From positions 3,224,001 through 3,288,000 of the forward strand of contig OZ218955.1 in the NCBI GenBank assembly GCA_965112735.1: a stretch of 64,000 nucleotides of DNA, in the 5' to 3' direction. Position numbers and translations under genes: made by a program. Below are positions 34,170 to 47,841 of this stretch, one piece after another; positions within the stretch are counted from its first letter, which is position 1, and each line of letters opens with the position of its first letter. The stretch comes from Phaeosaccion multiseriatum (lineage: Eukaryota > Protista > Ochrophyta, other classes). The notes under the pieces are model-generated. The model saw nothing but the letters and a program-made list of their open reading frames with translations. It had not been told where the DNA came from and did not search any database.

Positions 34170-35177
34170 ATGGAGCGGGGGGGGGCGGGATTCAACAACA
34201 TGGGGGCGATGGAGCAAGTCCCACCGGGCAGCACGTGCGGCGCGGTCGGGTGTAGCCACTTGTCTACACCCTCGGGCTGTTGCTTTCAGCACGCTGATGA
34301 GTGGCGGATGCGGGCTGGCGGTGCCGTTGCGAGTGGTGACGCTGCCGGTCCGTCTGCCCCATCTGGGGGGGTCGGTGCTGCTGCTGCGGCTCCTCCCGCC
34401 CCTCCTGCTGCTGCGGTTGCACCTGGTGAAGCTGTTGTGCATGATCTCGCTCTCGCACCTGCCGTGGTTCCCGCCATCGCCACTTCTGAGGGAGTGATGG
34501 TTGCGGCTGGACCTCTCGTAGCTCCCGCGCCTGCTCCCGCCATGGCCCCTCCTACCTCTGCAGAGCTGTCGGCTGCTGCTGCGACGGCTACTGCTGCGGC
34601 TACGGTTGGTAGTGCCACTGCTACGGCGGCCACCGCTAACGCCCTCGTACCACCTGGGGGCATTGTGGCTCCGATGGTAGTAGGAATGGCGGCCACACAG
34701 AGCTCAACGACCAAGGGGCATCGAACGAAGCGGTGCAGTGTGCAGGACTGCCAGAACTTCCCCAAGAAGGGCGGGGTTTGTATCAAGCACGGTGCCAAGC
34801 GGAAGCGGTGCAGTGTCGAGGGCTGTGAGAACGGCATCATCCGAGGGGGCAAGTGCTGTAGGCACGGGGCGGCGAGGAAGCGGTGCAGTGTGGAAGGCTG
34901 CCAGAACAGCAAGGTTGCCAATGGGGTGTGCAAGAGGCACGGGGCAAAGTTCAGCAAGAAGAAGTGCCAGATAGAAGGGTGTGAGAAGGGAGCCATCAAG
35001 GATCAGGTCTGTATAAAGCACGGCGCCGTTCCTCCCAAGTGCACCGCGGACAACGGCACATGCACCAAGAACGCAGTGCAGGGGGGGAAGTGTATTAAGC
35101 ACGGGGCAGTTAGGAGGAAGAATGCTGCCGCTCGAGCTGCTGTGGGGTCAACAGTGGCGGCAGCGGCGGCGGCGGCC

Positions 35178-35223
<46 letters not shown>

Positions 35224-36333
35224 GAGGAGGAGGGGGAGGGGGAGGAGTACCCGTCGCAGGAGGAGGAGGGGGGGGAGGAGGAGCGGGAGGAGGAACGGGA
35301 GGGGGAGGAGGTGGGGGAGGAGGTGGTGCAGTAACAGCAGCGATGGGAGGAGCACCGATGGAAGCAGGAACGATGGCGAGAGGGGAGGAGAACGAGGAGG
35401 GGAAGAGGGAAACTAGGGCGGAGAGGGCGGAGGGGGAATGGGGAGGAGGAGGCGACGACAATAGCAACAGCAACAACAACAGTAACGACAACAATAACGG
35501 TGGAGACGGTGCAGAGGAGGGCAGCGAGGGCGGGGGAGAGCGAGGGACGAAGAGAGGAGGAGGCAGCGGCTCCGAAGGCGGTGGGCCTTTGAAGCGGCAA
35601 AAGAAGTTTGGGGGTGGTGGTGGTGGGGCCGGGGTTGCTCCTCGTTCACCCTTGAAGGAGTCCCCGAGGTGCAACATCAAAGGATGCCGCAGAGTGGCCA
35701 AGGAGGGCGGCGCCTGCTCTGCGCACGGCAGCAGCAGCTCTGCTCCGGGAGAGTGCCCGGAGCTGCAGGCAGCACCAGCCACGGCCGTCGCAGCCGCCGA
35801 AGCCGCTTCGGGCACGTCTCACGAGCTTGCCGCACGTGACGCAGTGCTCATTCTGGCGTCCGCCGCTCAGCGCCCCAATGGAGGTGCTTCGGCGGGCCTG
35901 CCGGGCATCAGCAGGCCGTCCTCGGGGCCCTTGTCAGTGCCCCCCTCCACTGCGGTTTCCGCTGCGGCAGCAGCTGCGTGCGCGGCAGTAGCGGCGGTAG
36001 CAGGCTCAGGAGGAGGAGGACCAGCACCGGCAACGCCAGAAGGAGCAGAGGCAGTGACAGGAGTGGTAGCCGCGGAAGGAGGAGGACGAGTAGAAGGAGC
36101 AGCAGTAGGAGGAGCAATAGCGGCAGGTGGAGAAGCAGCAGAAGCAGCGCCTGTGCCGGCAACGGTGGTAGCGCCCGCTGAAGCAGCGCCAGCTGCAGCG
36201 CCAGCTGCAGCAGCACCAGGAGCAACCCCAGTGGGTGATACAACAACAGGGACACCAGCACCGGTACCAGCCTTGCCCGCATATGAAGTGGCCTCACTGG
36301 CAGGAGCAGGAGTAGCACCAGAAGGTGATGCGG

Positions 36334-36365
<32 letters not shown>

Positions 36366-36584
36366 ACACCAGTTGGTGATACAGCAGCACTGGCACCGGC
36401 CCTACTGGAAGAGACTCAGACACCACTGCACAGTCAAGAGCTTCAGGCTCAGGCGTCACTGGGGAGTCAGGGGCTTCACACTGTTCCGTACCCTTCTCTG
36501 CCTGAGCCTGTGGCGACAGTTCCGGACCTTGCCCCGGTTGCCACGCCGCCCGCCGCAGCAGCCACAGCTAGCACGGCAGTTTGA
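34170..36584 (+). CDS. WRKY19-like (CxxxxC...CxxHG) zinc-finger repeat protein, single exon
   Basis: Five tandem KRCSVEGC..A..GG.C..HGA-type repeats (34725-35110) plus one isolated copy (PRCNIKGCRRVAKEGGACSAHG), in Ala/Gly-rich sequence. Confidence 0.8.
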
Positions 36585-38270
36585 GCACTCACTTCCTCTA
36601 GCAGCTTAAGCACCAGCACCAGCACCACCGTCATCAGCATCACCAACACGAGCACCAGCACCAGCAGGAGTAGCAGTGGAACCATATGTGGTCCTGAGAG
36701 AGCTTCCGTCTGAGGGGCGTAGCTGCCGAAGCGGCAGCCCCGGCAGGCAATGGTAGTAGTAGCCGTAGCAGCGGTTATGGTGAGAAGTGTGAAGAGCTCA
36801 CGAAGCTGTTCGAATGGCCGGGCAAAGGCCGCGCTTCGGCTCAGGCAGCTGTGAAGAATAACATCACGAACACGTACACTATTGACAGGTTTGGCTCACA
36901 TTACAGTTTCACCGTTCTAAGAGGTAAAGGTCCTCTGTAGGAGGGGACTCTTTAGTACCACACCTGGCAGGAGACGCTCCTCTCTTTGCCTCAACCTTCG
37001 CCAGTCCGGAATGATGGGCCCTGAGAAGACGACCCGGTTTGTGGACTTGTGTGTTATGAGGGAGCCAAGGAGTGGGCGGCTTCGGGCGGGGGCCAGCGGC
37101 GCGGAGCACCTCTTCCTCCTGCTGCTCAAGGCCATCTTGTGCAGTGTGCACCTCAAAGCACTTCGCAAAGGAAGAGACTATAGTCCCCTCCATGCCCTCG
37201 TCGAAGTGAGGGGACGAGTGAATAGAGGGGTTCGAGCCGGGCATCGAGCATGCCGTAGGGGTGATGGTCGTGTCAGGCCGACACATACGATACTAGGTAT
37301 CACCAACTGCTGCTGTATCACCAACTGCTGCTGCTCCTGCTGCTGCTTGCTGCTATTGGCGCTGTCCGTCACGCTGCACCTGCGACAAAGGGGGCAGGTC
37401 CGGGATTTCCTTCGCCTTTCGACCTGCCTCTTGAGCTTGGTGCGATGCTGTTCCCTGGGCGTTTTCAGCTGCCTCGGTGGTTGCCCCGTCATTCTGTTGC
37501 TCCTTTGTCGTCGGGGCACAGGGACGTATCATCCGAGGAACAAAAGGTGCCGTCCCCTCGCGACAAGTCTCTCTCCCGCCATGGCCTCTCCCCCCACCTT
37601 CCAGTCTCCCAGAAAGACAGAGAGAGGGCGAGAAAAGCGCGAGGAGGGGAGGTCACAACCCTAAAGGTAAGAGTCTCATGGAGGGGCAGGAGGGGCAGCA
37701 GTCGGTGGTTACATCGTCGTCCAGCCCTGCGGAAGAGAGCAATCACTCGGCCATACTGCCCCGGCTTGGTGGCGTACATAAAGCTCCATTCAGCTTGAGA
37801 ACGCCCCCCCCACCACCACCACCTCCTCCTCCTCCTCCTCCTCCTCCTCCTCCTCCTCGTCCTCCTCCTCCTCCTCCTCCGCCTCCGCCTCCTCCCCCGT
37901 CTGAGGCAATCAGAAGCGATGGCACCTCAATGGCGGCGTCCGTTATGTCCTCCTTTCTTGGCTTCTACCCCGTTAGACCTCCGCCTTTCCCTTCCTTCCT
38001 TCCTTCCTTCCTTCCTTCCTTCCTTCCTTCCTTCCTTCCTTCCTTCAGGTGGTAGGTACGCTGCGGCGGGCCGTCAAAAGATCCGTCAGTCCCGCGAAAA
38101 GTCAAGCGAAGCGAAGCGTCTGCCGCCTGCCCTGACGCCTTGCTTCCATCCTCTCTCCAGGAGAGGGCAGCACCATCATACCCGTCTCCGGACATGGGGT
38201 ATATAACCATCTCCGGGTATGGGGTATATAACCGCGAGGAGGAGAGGCCACTACCGAAAGCCATAGTAAG

Positions 38271-41200
38271 TCACAGCTTAGATACTCCTGTGGCGTCTTC
38301 CCCTCCACCTGCTTCTGTTGCTGCTTCTGTTGCTGCTGCTGCTGGCGCAACCTTCTCCCTAATGGGGCGCTGATGTATCACCAACTGCTCAAGCTTCTCC
38401 ACAAGCTCCTCCTCTGCCGCCGCCACGAGATCCTGCCTCCTCGACTCGAGCGTCACCAGCACCTGCGCGTCAAGGACCATCGTATACAAGGTGGTCATGC
38501 GTCTCTCCCTCTTTTGTCTTTTTCTCTTTCTACCCCTCCACGTCCCTCCCTCCCTCCCTCTCTCTCGCTCTCTCTTCCCCTCTTATCTCCCTCCAAGGCC
38601 CTCTTTACGTATCTCCATCTTCCTCCTTCTATCCCTCTATCCCTGTCCATCTCTTCTCACTCTCTCCCTATCTCTCTCTAACCCCTCCCTTTTATCTCCA
38701 CTCCCTGCCTCCCCTCCGCCCCTCCCCCCCCCGCCCCATCTCCTCCTCCTTTCCACCCTCTTCCCCTCTACCTTACCGGCTACCCTCACGCGCCCACAGC
38801 CTTGTCTACCGGTCTCCCTCTCCTCCCTTTCTCTCTCCCCTCCCCTCCCCTCCCCTTCCCTCCGCTCCACATGCTCACTCACCTTGCATCCGTCCTCATT
38901 GTCATCTGAGCCTGAAGCACCACCACCCCCACCTCCACCCCCACCTCCACCCCCACCCGCCGTCGGAGAGGACCCAGGGGGGCTCTGCGGATACGACCCC
39001 ACCGAAACGTCTGGGAAGCGAGTGGCGAGCTCTGTGAGCAAGGGCTCGATGTCAACCTGCAGGCGGGGGGGCGGGGTGGGGGGTGGCAGTGGATGGCGGT
39101 GGATGGGCAGACGGAGAGACGAGATCGGCAGAGGTTAGAGGTGGGCAGATGGGCATAAAGAGGGCTATATACAGGGGCAGAGAGGTAGGCAGAAGGGAAG
39201 AGCAGGGCAGGAGGTCGACGAGCTGGGCGGGGTAGACAGACAGAGAGGCGGACAGATGGAGGGGTGGAGGAGGGCGTAACTGTAACTGAGAGGGAGAAGG
39301 AGGGGTAGATAGATGGGCAGAGAGACGGCCGGAAAGACGGGTGCACGACCGGGCTATACGTCGCAATGTTATGCTCCACTCCACTCCGCATGTCTCCTAT
39401 CCTGTTCTGTCTGCTCTCCCTCTCCATCTCCCCTCCTCTTCTTCTCCTCTCCTCTCCTCTCCTTCTCCTCCCCCTCTCCCCTCCTCTCCTCTCTTCTCCC
39501 CTCCCCCCCTCCTCTCCCCTCCCCCCCTCCTCTCCCCTCCCCCCCTCCTCTCCCCTCCCTCTTCTCTCCTCCTCTCCCCTCACCTCCTCCTGGGCAACCC
39601 GAAGACTTGTCCGGAACCACTGCGTTGACTCATTTGCAAACAGGTGCTGGATCTAAGATGCGAGCAGGGCGGGGGTGGGCGGGGTCAAAGCAGGGCCCGC
39701 CCAGGGCGGAGAGGCGAGAAGAGGAGCGGAGGGGAGGGGAAGGCAGAGGAAAGGGGGGAGAAGAGAGGAGGGGAGAAGAGGGTGGGAGAGGAGAGGGAAG
39801 GAGAGGGGGGTAGAGGACGAGGGAGGAGAGAAGAGAGTCAGATTGATGGCCAGACGCGTGCCCTTTCCCTCCGCGATAAGAAGCGGGTACAAGCCCCCCT
39901 CCTCATTCTTCCTTCCGTCAACACGCCCAAAGAGAGAATCGACTACACCCCGCACCCACACACAACACCCCACCCTCTCACCACTCTCCCCGCACTCCAC
40001 ACTGCTTTCAGACGTAGAGAAACGTCAGCGCTGTATGTGTGCGCTTCGAAGCGCCCTGCATGCCGTGAGCTTTACCATCCACTGCCATCCCCTCCTCCCC
40101 ACGTACGCACACACATACCTGCTTGAACTGTGCCCTGTTGAACTCCGGTACTCCGGGTAGGATAAATACAGAGCCCATCCGAACCACAGGATAGGAGCTG
40201 CGCGTAGCCCCCGGGGCTCTTAGGAGCTGTGCCCCCCGGGGAAGGGTGATGAGCTTGCGATAGGCGCGGCTCTTGCTCACCACCTCCTCGCCCCCGTCTA
40301 CGAGACCGGCCAGGACCTGCCACAGCCATTGATTCAAAACGATTCAATTCAAAAAGCGATGACCCCCCCCCCCCCAACCGAACATATGTGTGAGTGCTTC
40401 GCCGCACACACATCCACACACATGCACGTACGCACACAGACACGCACCCATTCACTCACGCACCCACATATACGCACATGCGCCCACTCACGCACCCACA
40501 TACACGCACACGCACCCACCCACACATTCACAAGCCCTTCCACCCACCCGTCCACCCATACGCGCACCAGCCCCTCTGTCCTGACACCACCCACCTCGAG
40601 CATCTCCGGGTTTCTCTCGAGGGGTACGTTGAAGGCGTGAGCCACAGCGGCCATGGTCACGTCGTCGTGAGTTGGGCCGATGCCTCCCGCAGTCACGACC
40701 TGGGGAGGGAGGGAGGGAGGGAGGGAGGGGGTGGGACAAAAGGGCAGAGATGGGCCAAGAACGGATGAGAAGACAAAAGTCGAGATGCCCGAGACTGTAC
40801 CAAGAAGGGAAAGTCCAAGTGTCCCACATCGGACCAAGGAAGGGACAGATAAGCACTTACGAATTGGTGAGTGTTGACGAGGTCTCGGACTGTGTCGCTG
40901 ATGATGTTGAGATCGTCTGCGATGGTGCACACCTGAGGGAAACAGTGGGGGAGGGAGGGAGGGAGGGAAGGGATGATGTAGGGAGGAGAGAGGCGGAGAG
41001 GGCGGGAGCGAGAGAGAATGAGAGAAGGCGAGGGAGAGGGGGAGACGTGTGAGTGAACGAGGTCGGGGCTACTTTGACATAACCTCTCAGCCTCCCTCTC
41101 CATCCGGATACAAGTCAAAGAGGTATGTCGCTTCCAGTAGTCAACGATATACGTAGTTAAAGGAAGTAGGAGCTCAAAATGCCCTCCCTCCTTTGCTTAC

Positions 41201-43078
41201 CTTCCCCACGCACGCCCCCACGGCCCACAGGCTGCGACACAGGAAGCCCGAGTTCTCGTCTCGCACCCGTCCACTGAGGATCTCATCACCCACCACCAAG
41301 ATGGCAACCGATGGCGACAAAGCATGTGGCCGTACTACCAACTGCTTCTGTTGCTGCTGCTGCTGCTGCTGCGGTGACGGGGGTGGAGGAGGTATGAGCG
41401 GTGGGGCCGTAGCACCAACACCTCCAGATCCTCCCGTTCCTCCCGTTCCTCCCGTGCCTCCTGCTCTCCGGCTGCTGCTGCTCTTGCCTGCTGCTGCTGG
41501 TGACACTCCTCCCAGCGAAGAGCCGCTGCTTCCCAGTCCTCGTCCCGGGGCAGAGGCATTCATCTCCCTGCTGCTGCTGCTGCTGCTGCTGCTGCTACCA
41601 CCGCTCATACCGCCAGCACCGCTACTCCCCATTGCACTAACTGCCCTCAATGGGCTGGAGATGCTGCGCTGGTCTCTACTCTGACTCTGACTCCTCTCTC
41701 GGAGGAGATCCCTGCTCTCTCCTCCTCCTCCTCCTCCTCCCTCCCCCCCTTGAGCCAAGGAGGCACTGCGGTTGTCCCTACTGATGCTCCTCTCCCGAAT
41801 ATGCTCCTTATGCTCAAAATCACTGATTTGGTCTCTCCGACGGCCTAGTAGGCCCTTGGACTCCCTCTGATACCATAGCGGGTTGGAGTGTGGGTTTCAG
41901 TTCGGTGGGAGATTATGTTTCAGTTTCAGTTTGGGGGGAGTTTGTGTGTTAGTTAAGCATGGCACCCCTTCTCCTGACACCAACCCCTCTGCCCGGAAAC
42001 CCAACCCCTCTGTCCTGACACTCTCTGTCCCGACACACACCAACCCCTCTGTCTGTCTGTCCCCAACCCCCTCGGTCCTGACACCCCTCACCCCTCTGTC
42101 CTGACACCCACCTGCATGCCCTGTCCATAAATGAGTCCCGAAGACAAGAAGAATCGGTCAATAGTGTCAAGGGGAAGGAGGTGCATGCGCTCGAGCGACT
42201 CCTCTGAGAGCTCGTGGGCAGGGGCGAAGGACCCATCCGCACGCTTGAGAGCGGGGTTGCGGATAGCACCGGGCCCTAGACAAGTGAAACCCAAACCGTA
42301 GAGAGGACAGAAGATGTCGGGCAGTCTTGTATTTGGTCGTTTGTTCGGTGTGGTGTGGTGTGGTGTGGTGTGGTGTTCGTGTTGGCGTGTTGGTGTAGTG
42401 TAGGTGTAGGAAAGAGAGAGGAGAGAGGAAGGGAGATGAGGCGAGGCCGCAGGGAGGGGGGGGGGGGAGGGGGGAGAGACAAGAGGTATCAGAGTGAGGT
42501 GAGATGGGATGGGAAGCTTCCTTTTGGGTCATGAGCCAAAAGAAAGAGGTTCGGGAAGCAAAGTGAATGAAACAGAACAACAGCTACAACAACAACAACA
42601 AGAAGCACAGGAACAACTCTCACACCCACACACGCACCCACAGTTTAGCAGCAGCGTCCACACGTCCCTGTGGCTCCACGTGAGGATGGGATTCACTCGC
42701 ATGGCGCTCGACCGCCAGGAGGGGGGGGTGGGCACAAAGTGTTCCAAGAACGGAGCACCTCCCAGGGTTTGGGTGGCTGCTGCTGCTGCTGCTGCCCCTC
42801 CTTCATACGCCGCCCTTGGGCTTTCTGCATAGCCACCACCACTCCCACCTCCTCCTCCTCCTCCTCCTCGTCCGTAAGGTACGCCATAGGAGCCTGGCAA
42901 TACGCCCCCCGCCGTGGCAGGAGTGCCGCTCCCGTCCCCCCCCAGTAGCTGGAGCTGCCTCACACCAACGATGATGGCCTTGCAGCCCCTCGTTCGCCGC
43001 AGCTCGTCCAGGCCCTCCTTCTCCGTCCCTGCACCGGGTACGTAGGTAGGCAGACGGGCACGCGGGTAGACATATGGG

Positions 43079-43109
<31 letters not shown>

Positions 43110-43512
43110 ACAGGCAATACCGCGGCGGAGTGTGTGGTCTTGAGGTTGGGAGGTGAGAGCGGCGCGCGTAGGTCAAGTGAACAACTACCCTCCTACCCTG
43201 CAGGTTGGGTACGCGGAGTATACATTGCGTAGTAAACCTACTTACTTACCTTCCAGAAGCGTGAGGCGAAGGCCGTACGTGGCCGTGACTCTGTCTATGA
43301 AGCGCTGCACCTCTGGCAAGGGCTCGTGACTCTTAAAGTAGGCAATGGTCATGTGTCGGAGGGCCTCGCGCCCGCCTCTGCCGCGCTGCTGAAGAGCACA
43401 TAGCAGCAAGCAAAGGCATACGGAGGAGTCCTTGCAGCCATTGAAGGACAGAGCGGTGCAGGCGGGCGTGAAGAGGTCGAGGGTCCCGTCGACGACGCTG
43501 TAGATGAGAATG

Positions 43513-43543
<31 letters not shown>

Positions 43544-43780
43544 GGATACGGAAGAGGCGGAAAGGATGAGGCTACTACTCGAACAACGCCAGCAGCAGAC
43601 AGAGGAGTAGCAGGAGGCATTTTTCCTTTTCCTTTTTTCCTCAACTACTTACTTGAGCGCCACCTCCAGGGCTTGTGCAAAGTTGGGATCCTCGGCACAA
43701 GCTCTCCGCAAGCTTTCCAGCACCAGAGGCTCATCTTCTCCCCTATACTGGTCTCCACCTGCGCTCCCAGCGGCGTCCAT
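38271..43780 (-). CDS. Bifunctional FAD synthase-like protein: N-terminal PAPS-reductase-family domain plus C-terminal molybdopterin-binding (CinA/MoCF) domain
   Basis: Spliced ALSFNGCKDSSV, MRVNPILTWSHRDVW, FCPLYGLGFTCLG...RNPAL; then VAILVVGDEILSGRVRDENS, VVTAGGIGPTHDDVT, VFILPGVP, VSVGSYP. Confidence 0.88.
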
Positions 43781-43928
43781 CTCTTTGGGAGCACAAATGA
43801 GGAAGAGAAAAAAAAGGGGGCCGCGGGCAGCGCGATTGTTGACATACTGTACGAGGCCTAAGAGTAAAAATTGATTCAGAGGCACGCCACGGCACAAAAA
43901 CATAAAAGACAAAGCCCAGCATCCCGGG

Positions 43929-46619
43929 ATGGCATTGAAGGCATGCAGTAGCAGAGGAGTGAAGGTAGCCGCTGCCGTCGTGCTGCTGTCGGTGGGCAAA
44001 GTCGGAGCCTTCAACAGCACGCCCTTCGCTGGGGCAGGCCTGCAGGCGGCGAGGTGAGGGGCAAAGGCAAACCCAGCCGTCTCTCTTTTCTCCCTCTCTC
44101 AAGTCCGCAATGTACCCCCCATACGTACAACCCTCTCTCTTCCTCAGGTCTGTGTCATTCGACGGACGTAGCAGCAGAAGCAACGGGGTTGGTACAAGCA
44201 GATCCAGCAGCATCAGCAGCAGCGGGGGCAGAGACAACGGCGCTCGAGGCCCAAGTATGCTTTTCGGTCTATTTGGCGGAGGGCCCAAGGCCGAGGAGGT
44301 GCTCGCGAACCCCAAGTGGCCGGCCGAGTGGCCCTACTCCCCCAACGACTTTCAGAGGGCAGATGAAAGCCCCGACGCTTTTTTCTACAATAGTCCTCGG
44401 TTGGTGTTCCACATTGGTAAGGAAGAGTGTACGAGAGAAACGGGGGGAGTATGTCTTTTGGTGTTCCACATTGGTAGGGGAGAGTGTAGGAGAGGAACGG
44501 GGGGGTATGTCTTTCGTCGCGGCTGACAATGAATGCTGTCCACTCCTGCTGCTCTGAGCTGGCTGCTCTCCCCCCCATCTGTCCACCTCCTCTTACTGCG
44601 ACTACTAATACTGCTGCCGCTTCCTGTGCTGTGAACAGATGACCCTGCGGTGGGAGCGGTGACCAAGTTCTATAAGGAGAACTTCCCCGCGGGTGCCGCC
44701 GTTCTCGACATTTGCTCGTCCTGGGTCAGTCATTTTCCAAAGGACGGACCCTGGGCAGAGAATTACGGCAGAAGGTGATTGGGTCCGTTATCTGTTTGGC
44801 CCCAGTGTGTCCCTCAATCCAATCCCCTCTTCTCTCTTGGTGCCGCCCCCTCCCCCCCTTCTTCCCCGTCCACGATCTTTCGGGGTACGCTGCTCTCTGC
44901 ACCCCTTCTGCCTCTTCTGTCTACCCACCCACCGACCAACTAAAGGCTTGCCCACTGAAGGCTTGGCAGATACTCACAGTGGTTTTGTCCCCTGCCTTTG
45001 TGTTACGTGTGTGTGTGTGCGTGCGTGCGTGTGTGTGTGTGTGCGTGCTTTGTGTCAGGTCGGGGCTGGGCATGAACCGCCAGGAGCTGTCCAAGAATCC
45101 CCAGGTGGGAGACTATACACGGAGGGGGGGAGGGAGGGAGGGAGGTAAAGGAGGGCAGTCCAACAACCCACAACACACACACGCACACACACACGTACAC
45201 AACGCACGCACACACATACAAAAACACACTCTCACACACAAACGCACACACACACACACACACCGTGGGACCTCCACGCGCTCACTATTCCTCTATTGAC
45301 CCCGCCCCCCGATATGACCCTATTTGACCCCCAAATATGTAGCTCGACGATTATGTGGTCCGGGACTTGAATGCGGACCCCACCTTCCCCTACGAGGACA
45401 ACTCCTTCGATATCATCACCTGCGTCGTGTCGGTGAGAGGGAGGGGGAGATGGAGAGAGGGAGGGAGAGAGAGTGGTACACACACACTCACACATACACA
45501 TACTCACACACACGCACACAAATATTAACCCATCACCACCCACACTCTCTTTCTCTCCATCATGTCTCTGCCTCTCTCTCTCGATTTTGTCTGTCTCTCT
45601 CTCTCTCTCCATGTGTGTGCGTGTGGCCTCAGATCGATTACCTCAACAAGCCCAAGGAGCTTATGTTGGAGATGGCGCGTGTCCTCAAGCCCGGAGGGAA
45701 GGTCATAATCTCTATGTCCAACAGGTCAGGTGTGAGGGATGGCAGTAGACGGGTGGATGGAGGGGTGAGAAGTGAGGCATGAGGGTGAGGAGTAACGGGT
45801 GGTGTGAGGCGTGATGCAGTGGTGCAACGCTATTCATAGCGCGCTACGCTACCTGCTTGCTTTGCCTGCGGTGCTGTGCCGCACCACCCATCTTCTGTGC
45901 GGTGCTGTATCACCAACTGCTGTACTTTGCTGTGCTATGCTGTGCTATGCTGTGCTGTGCCTGTTCGCCAGGTGCTTCCCCACAAAGGTGTGGCAGCTGT
46001 GGAGTAAGACGTCCGACATGGACCACATCTTCATTGTGGGGAGCTTCTTTCACTACAGCGGCAAGTTCAAGCCCGCCAAGGCACACGATGTCAGGTGAGT
46101 AACGGTGGCGGGGAAGGTAGGGGCAAGCAGTGAGGGGAAGCGGAAGGCAGTGGAAGGCAGGGAGGGGCAGTGGAAGGCAGTGGAAGGCGGTGGAAGGCAG
46201 TGGAAGGCAGGGAGGGGCAGTGGAAGGCAGTGGAAGGCAGTGGAAGGCAGGGAGGGGCAGTGGGGCAGTGAGGTAGGGACGTAGGGAGGTAGTGCGAGGC
46301 AGTGTCAGGCCATGGGAGGAACTGTCTGAGGCTTCCGTCAACCCTACCTTGACCCCATCGCCCTGCCACTGCTGCTGTATCACCAACTGCTCTACTACTG
46401 CTGCTGCTGTTGCTGCTGCTGTTGCTGCTGCTCATGCCTGGACCTCCCTCTTGCCTCGGTCATCCTTTTCCTTCGACATCCATCACACCGGCGCACCGGA
46501 CACCCACGCTATATCACTTTTTCACTAACTCTACTGACTTGCGTCGCCGTCGTCGGAGCAGCCCCAACCCGGGCAGGAGCGATCCCATGTACATTGTAGA
46601 AGCCACCGTTGACAAGTAG
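43929..46619 (+). CDS. Plastid-targeted SAM-dependent methyltransferase, type 11 (exons 43929-44053, 44148-44416, 44639-44774, 45059-45104, 45343-45432, 45633-45724, 45972-46094, 46562-46619)
   Basis: Signal peptide plus VGA-F; then FQRADESPDAFFYNSPRLVFHIDD, VLDICSSWVSHFP, GLGMNRQELSKNPQL, SFDIITCVVSIDYL, RVLKPGG, SNRCFPTK, SDPMYIV, a family conserved in plants and cyanobacteria. Confidence 0.9.
46135..46270. repeat. (GGAAGGCAGT)n decamer minisatellite in a methyltransferase intron
   Basis: About 13 tandem, slightly variable 10-bp units. Confidence 0.85.
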
Positions 46620-46673
46620 AAGTAGCTGATGGGGTGGTTTGGTGTCTGCGACCTTGATTAACTTTTAATTTAA

Positions 46674-46902
46674 TCCTCGATTTGCGTAAGAATCGCCCAA
46701 TTCGACCGTTTTGTACAGATCGGGCGGCAAGGGGGAGTCCTCTTGCAGAAATGCTGACAAGTAGGGAAGGGGAAAGCGATGACAGCCGAAAGACTATGGA
46801 TCGATAGGCATCTCAAAGAGCACCACGAAGAGCTATAGCGCTTCTCCCGCGGACATTTTGCTGAGCCCTCCCAAAACTCGAAAAAAACTGAAAAATCGAG
46901 CG
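46674..46902. mobile_element. MITE-like dispersed repeat (copy 2, inverted relative to copy 1)
   Basis: CTCGATTTGCGTAA...TCGGGCGGCAAGGGGGAGT...CTTGCAGAAATGCTGACAAGTAGGGAAGGG...TAGGCATCTCA...AGCGCTTCTCCC is the reverse complement of 30845-31009. Confidence 0.65.
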
Positions 46903-47069
46903 ATTCTTTTTAAATTGCCATTTCCTACCTACCTAAGAGAGGGGGAGAAACGAAGGAATGAATGCACGGAACCACCCACCACTACAAACAAACTCACAAA
47001 TAACACCCATAAAGGTAGGAACGCGGGTAAACGGCGAATCAGAACAAACCGAAGGAATCAGAACAGCAG

Positions 47070-47804
47070 CTAGAAGGGCGGCATGCTCTCATTGCCCACC
47101 CTCCGAATGTGATCCTTGCCACCCGCCTTGCGAAACTGGCGATGTAAGGTTGCGAATCTGCTCAACGACTCGTCAATGTTGAGGTAGCATCCTTGCAGTC
47201 GGCGATGCCCGCCTCCTCCCTCCCCTGCCCCCACGATGGCGCTCCTCCCGTGACACATCCTCCTGCGAGATAGATACACAAAACAAGGGCGCGCGGGGGG
47301 GGGGAGGGATCAGTTTGTCTACCAGCTTGGGACTACCAGTTTGAGCTGGAGTTACAGTCACGAAGGAGGACAGTTGGGAGATTTCAGCCTTTAGACCCCC
47401 TTCTCCACCTCCTCCACATCCTCCACATCCTCCACCTCCTCCTCCACCTCCTCCTCTCCCCCCCCCCCCTCCACCTCCTCTTCCTACGTACCTGTTGTTC
47501 ATGACAATGGTCTGCCCCGGCTGGAGGCGATGCTTTAATGTGTACTCTCTGGAGAAGTCGCTGTCGCTAATGTGCTCGGCAAAGGCCGCTCGGGCGTCGT
47601 AGTACTTCTGCACTGACGCGGGGCGGACCATGAGGGTACCTGTTGCGTTGGGAGATGGCAGTGGATGGATGGGAGGGGCGGGAGTGGATGGCAGTGGATG
47701 GGCAGGGGATGACAGGGCAGGGGGGTGAGGGGTACGCGTAGGTCATCCTGATCATCACCATCACCACCACCACCACCACCATCATCATCATCACCATCAC
47801 CGTT

Positions 47805-47841
<37 letters not shown>

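Noticed and set aside
36700-38200. Possible small gene between the Zn-finger and FAD synthase genes
   Set aside because: Overlapping short ORFs on both strands, with no recognisable motif or consistent splice model. It may be UTR or decayed sequence; a gene is not excluded.
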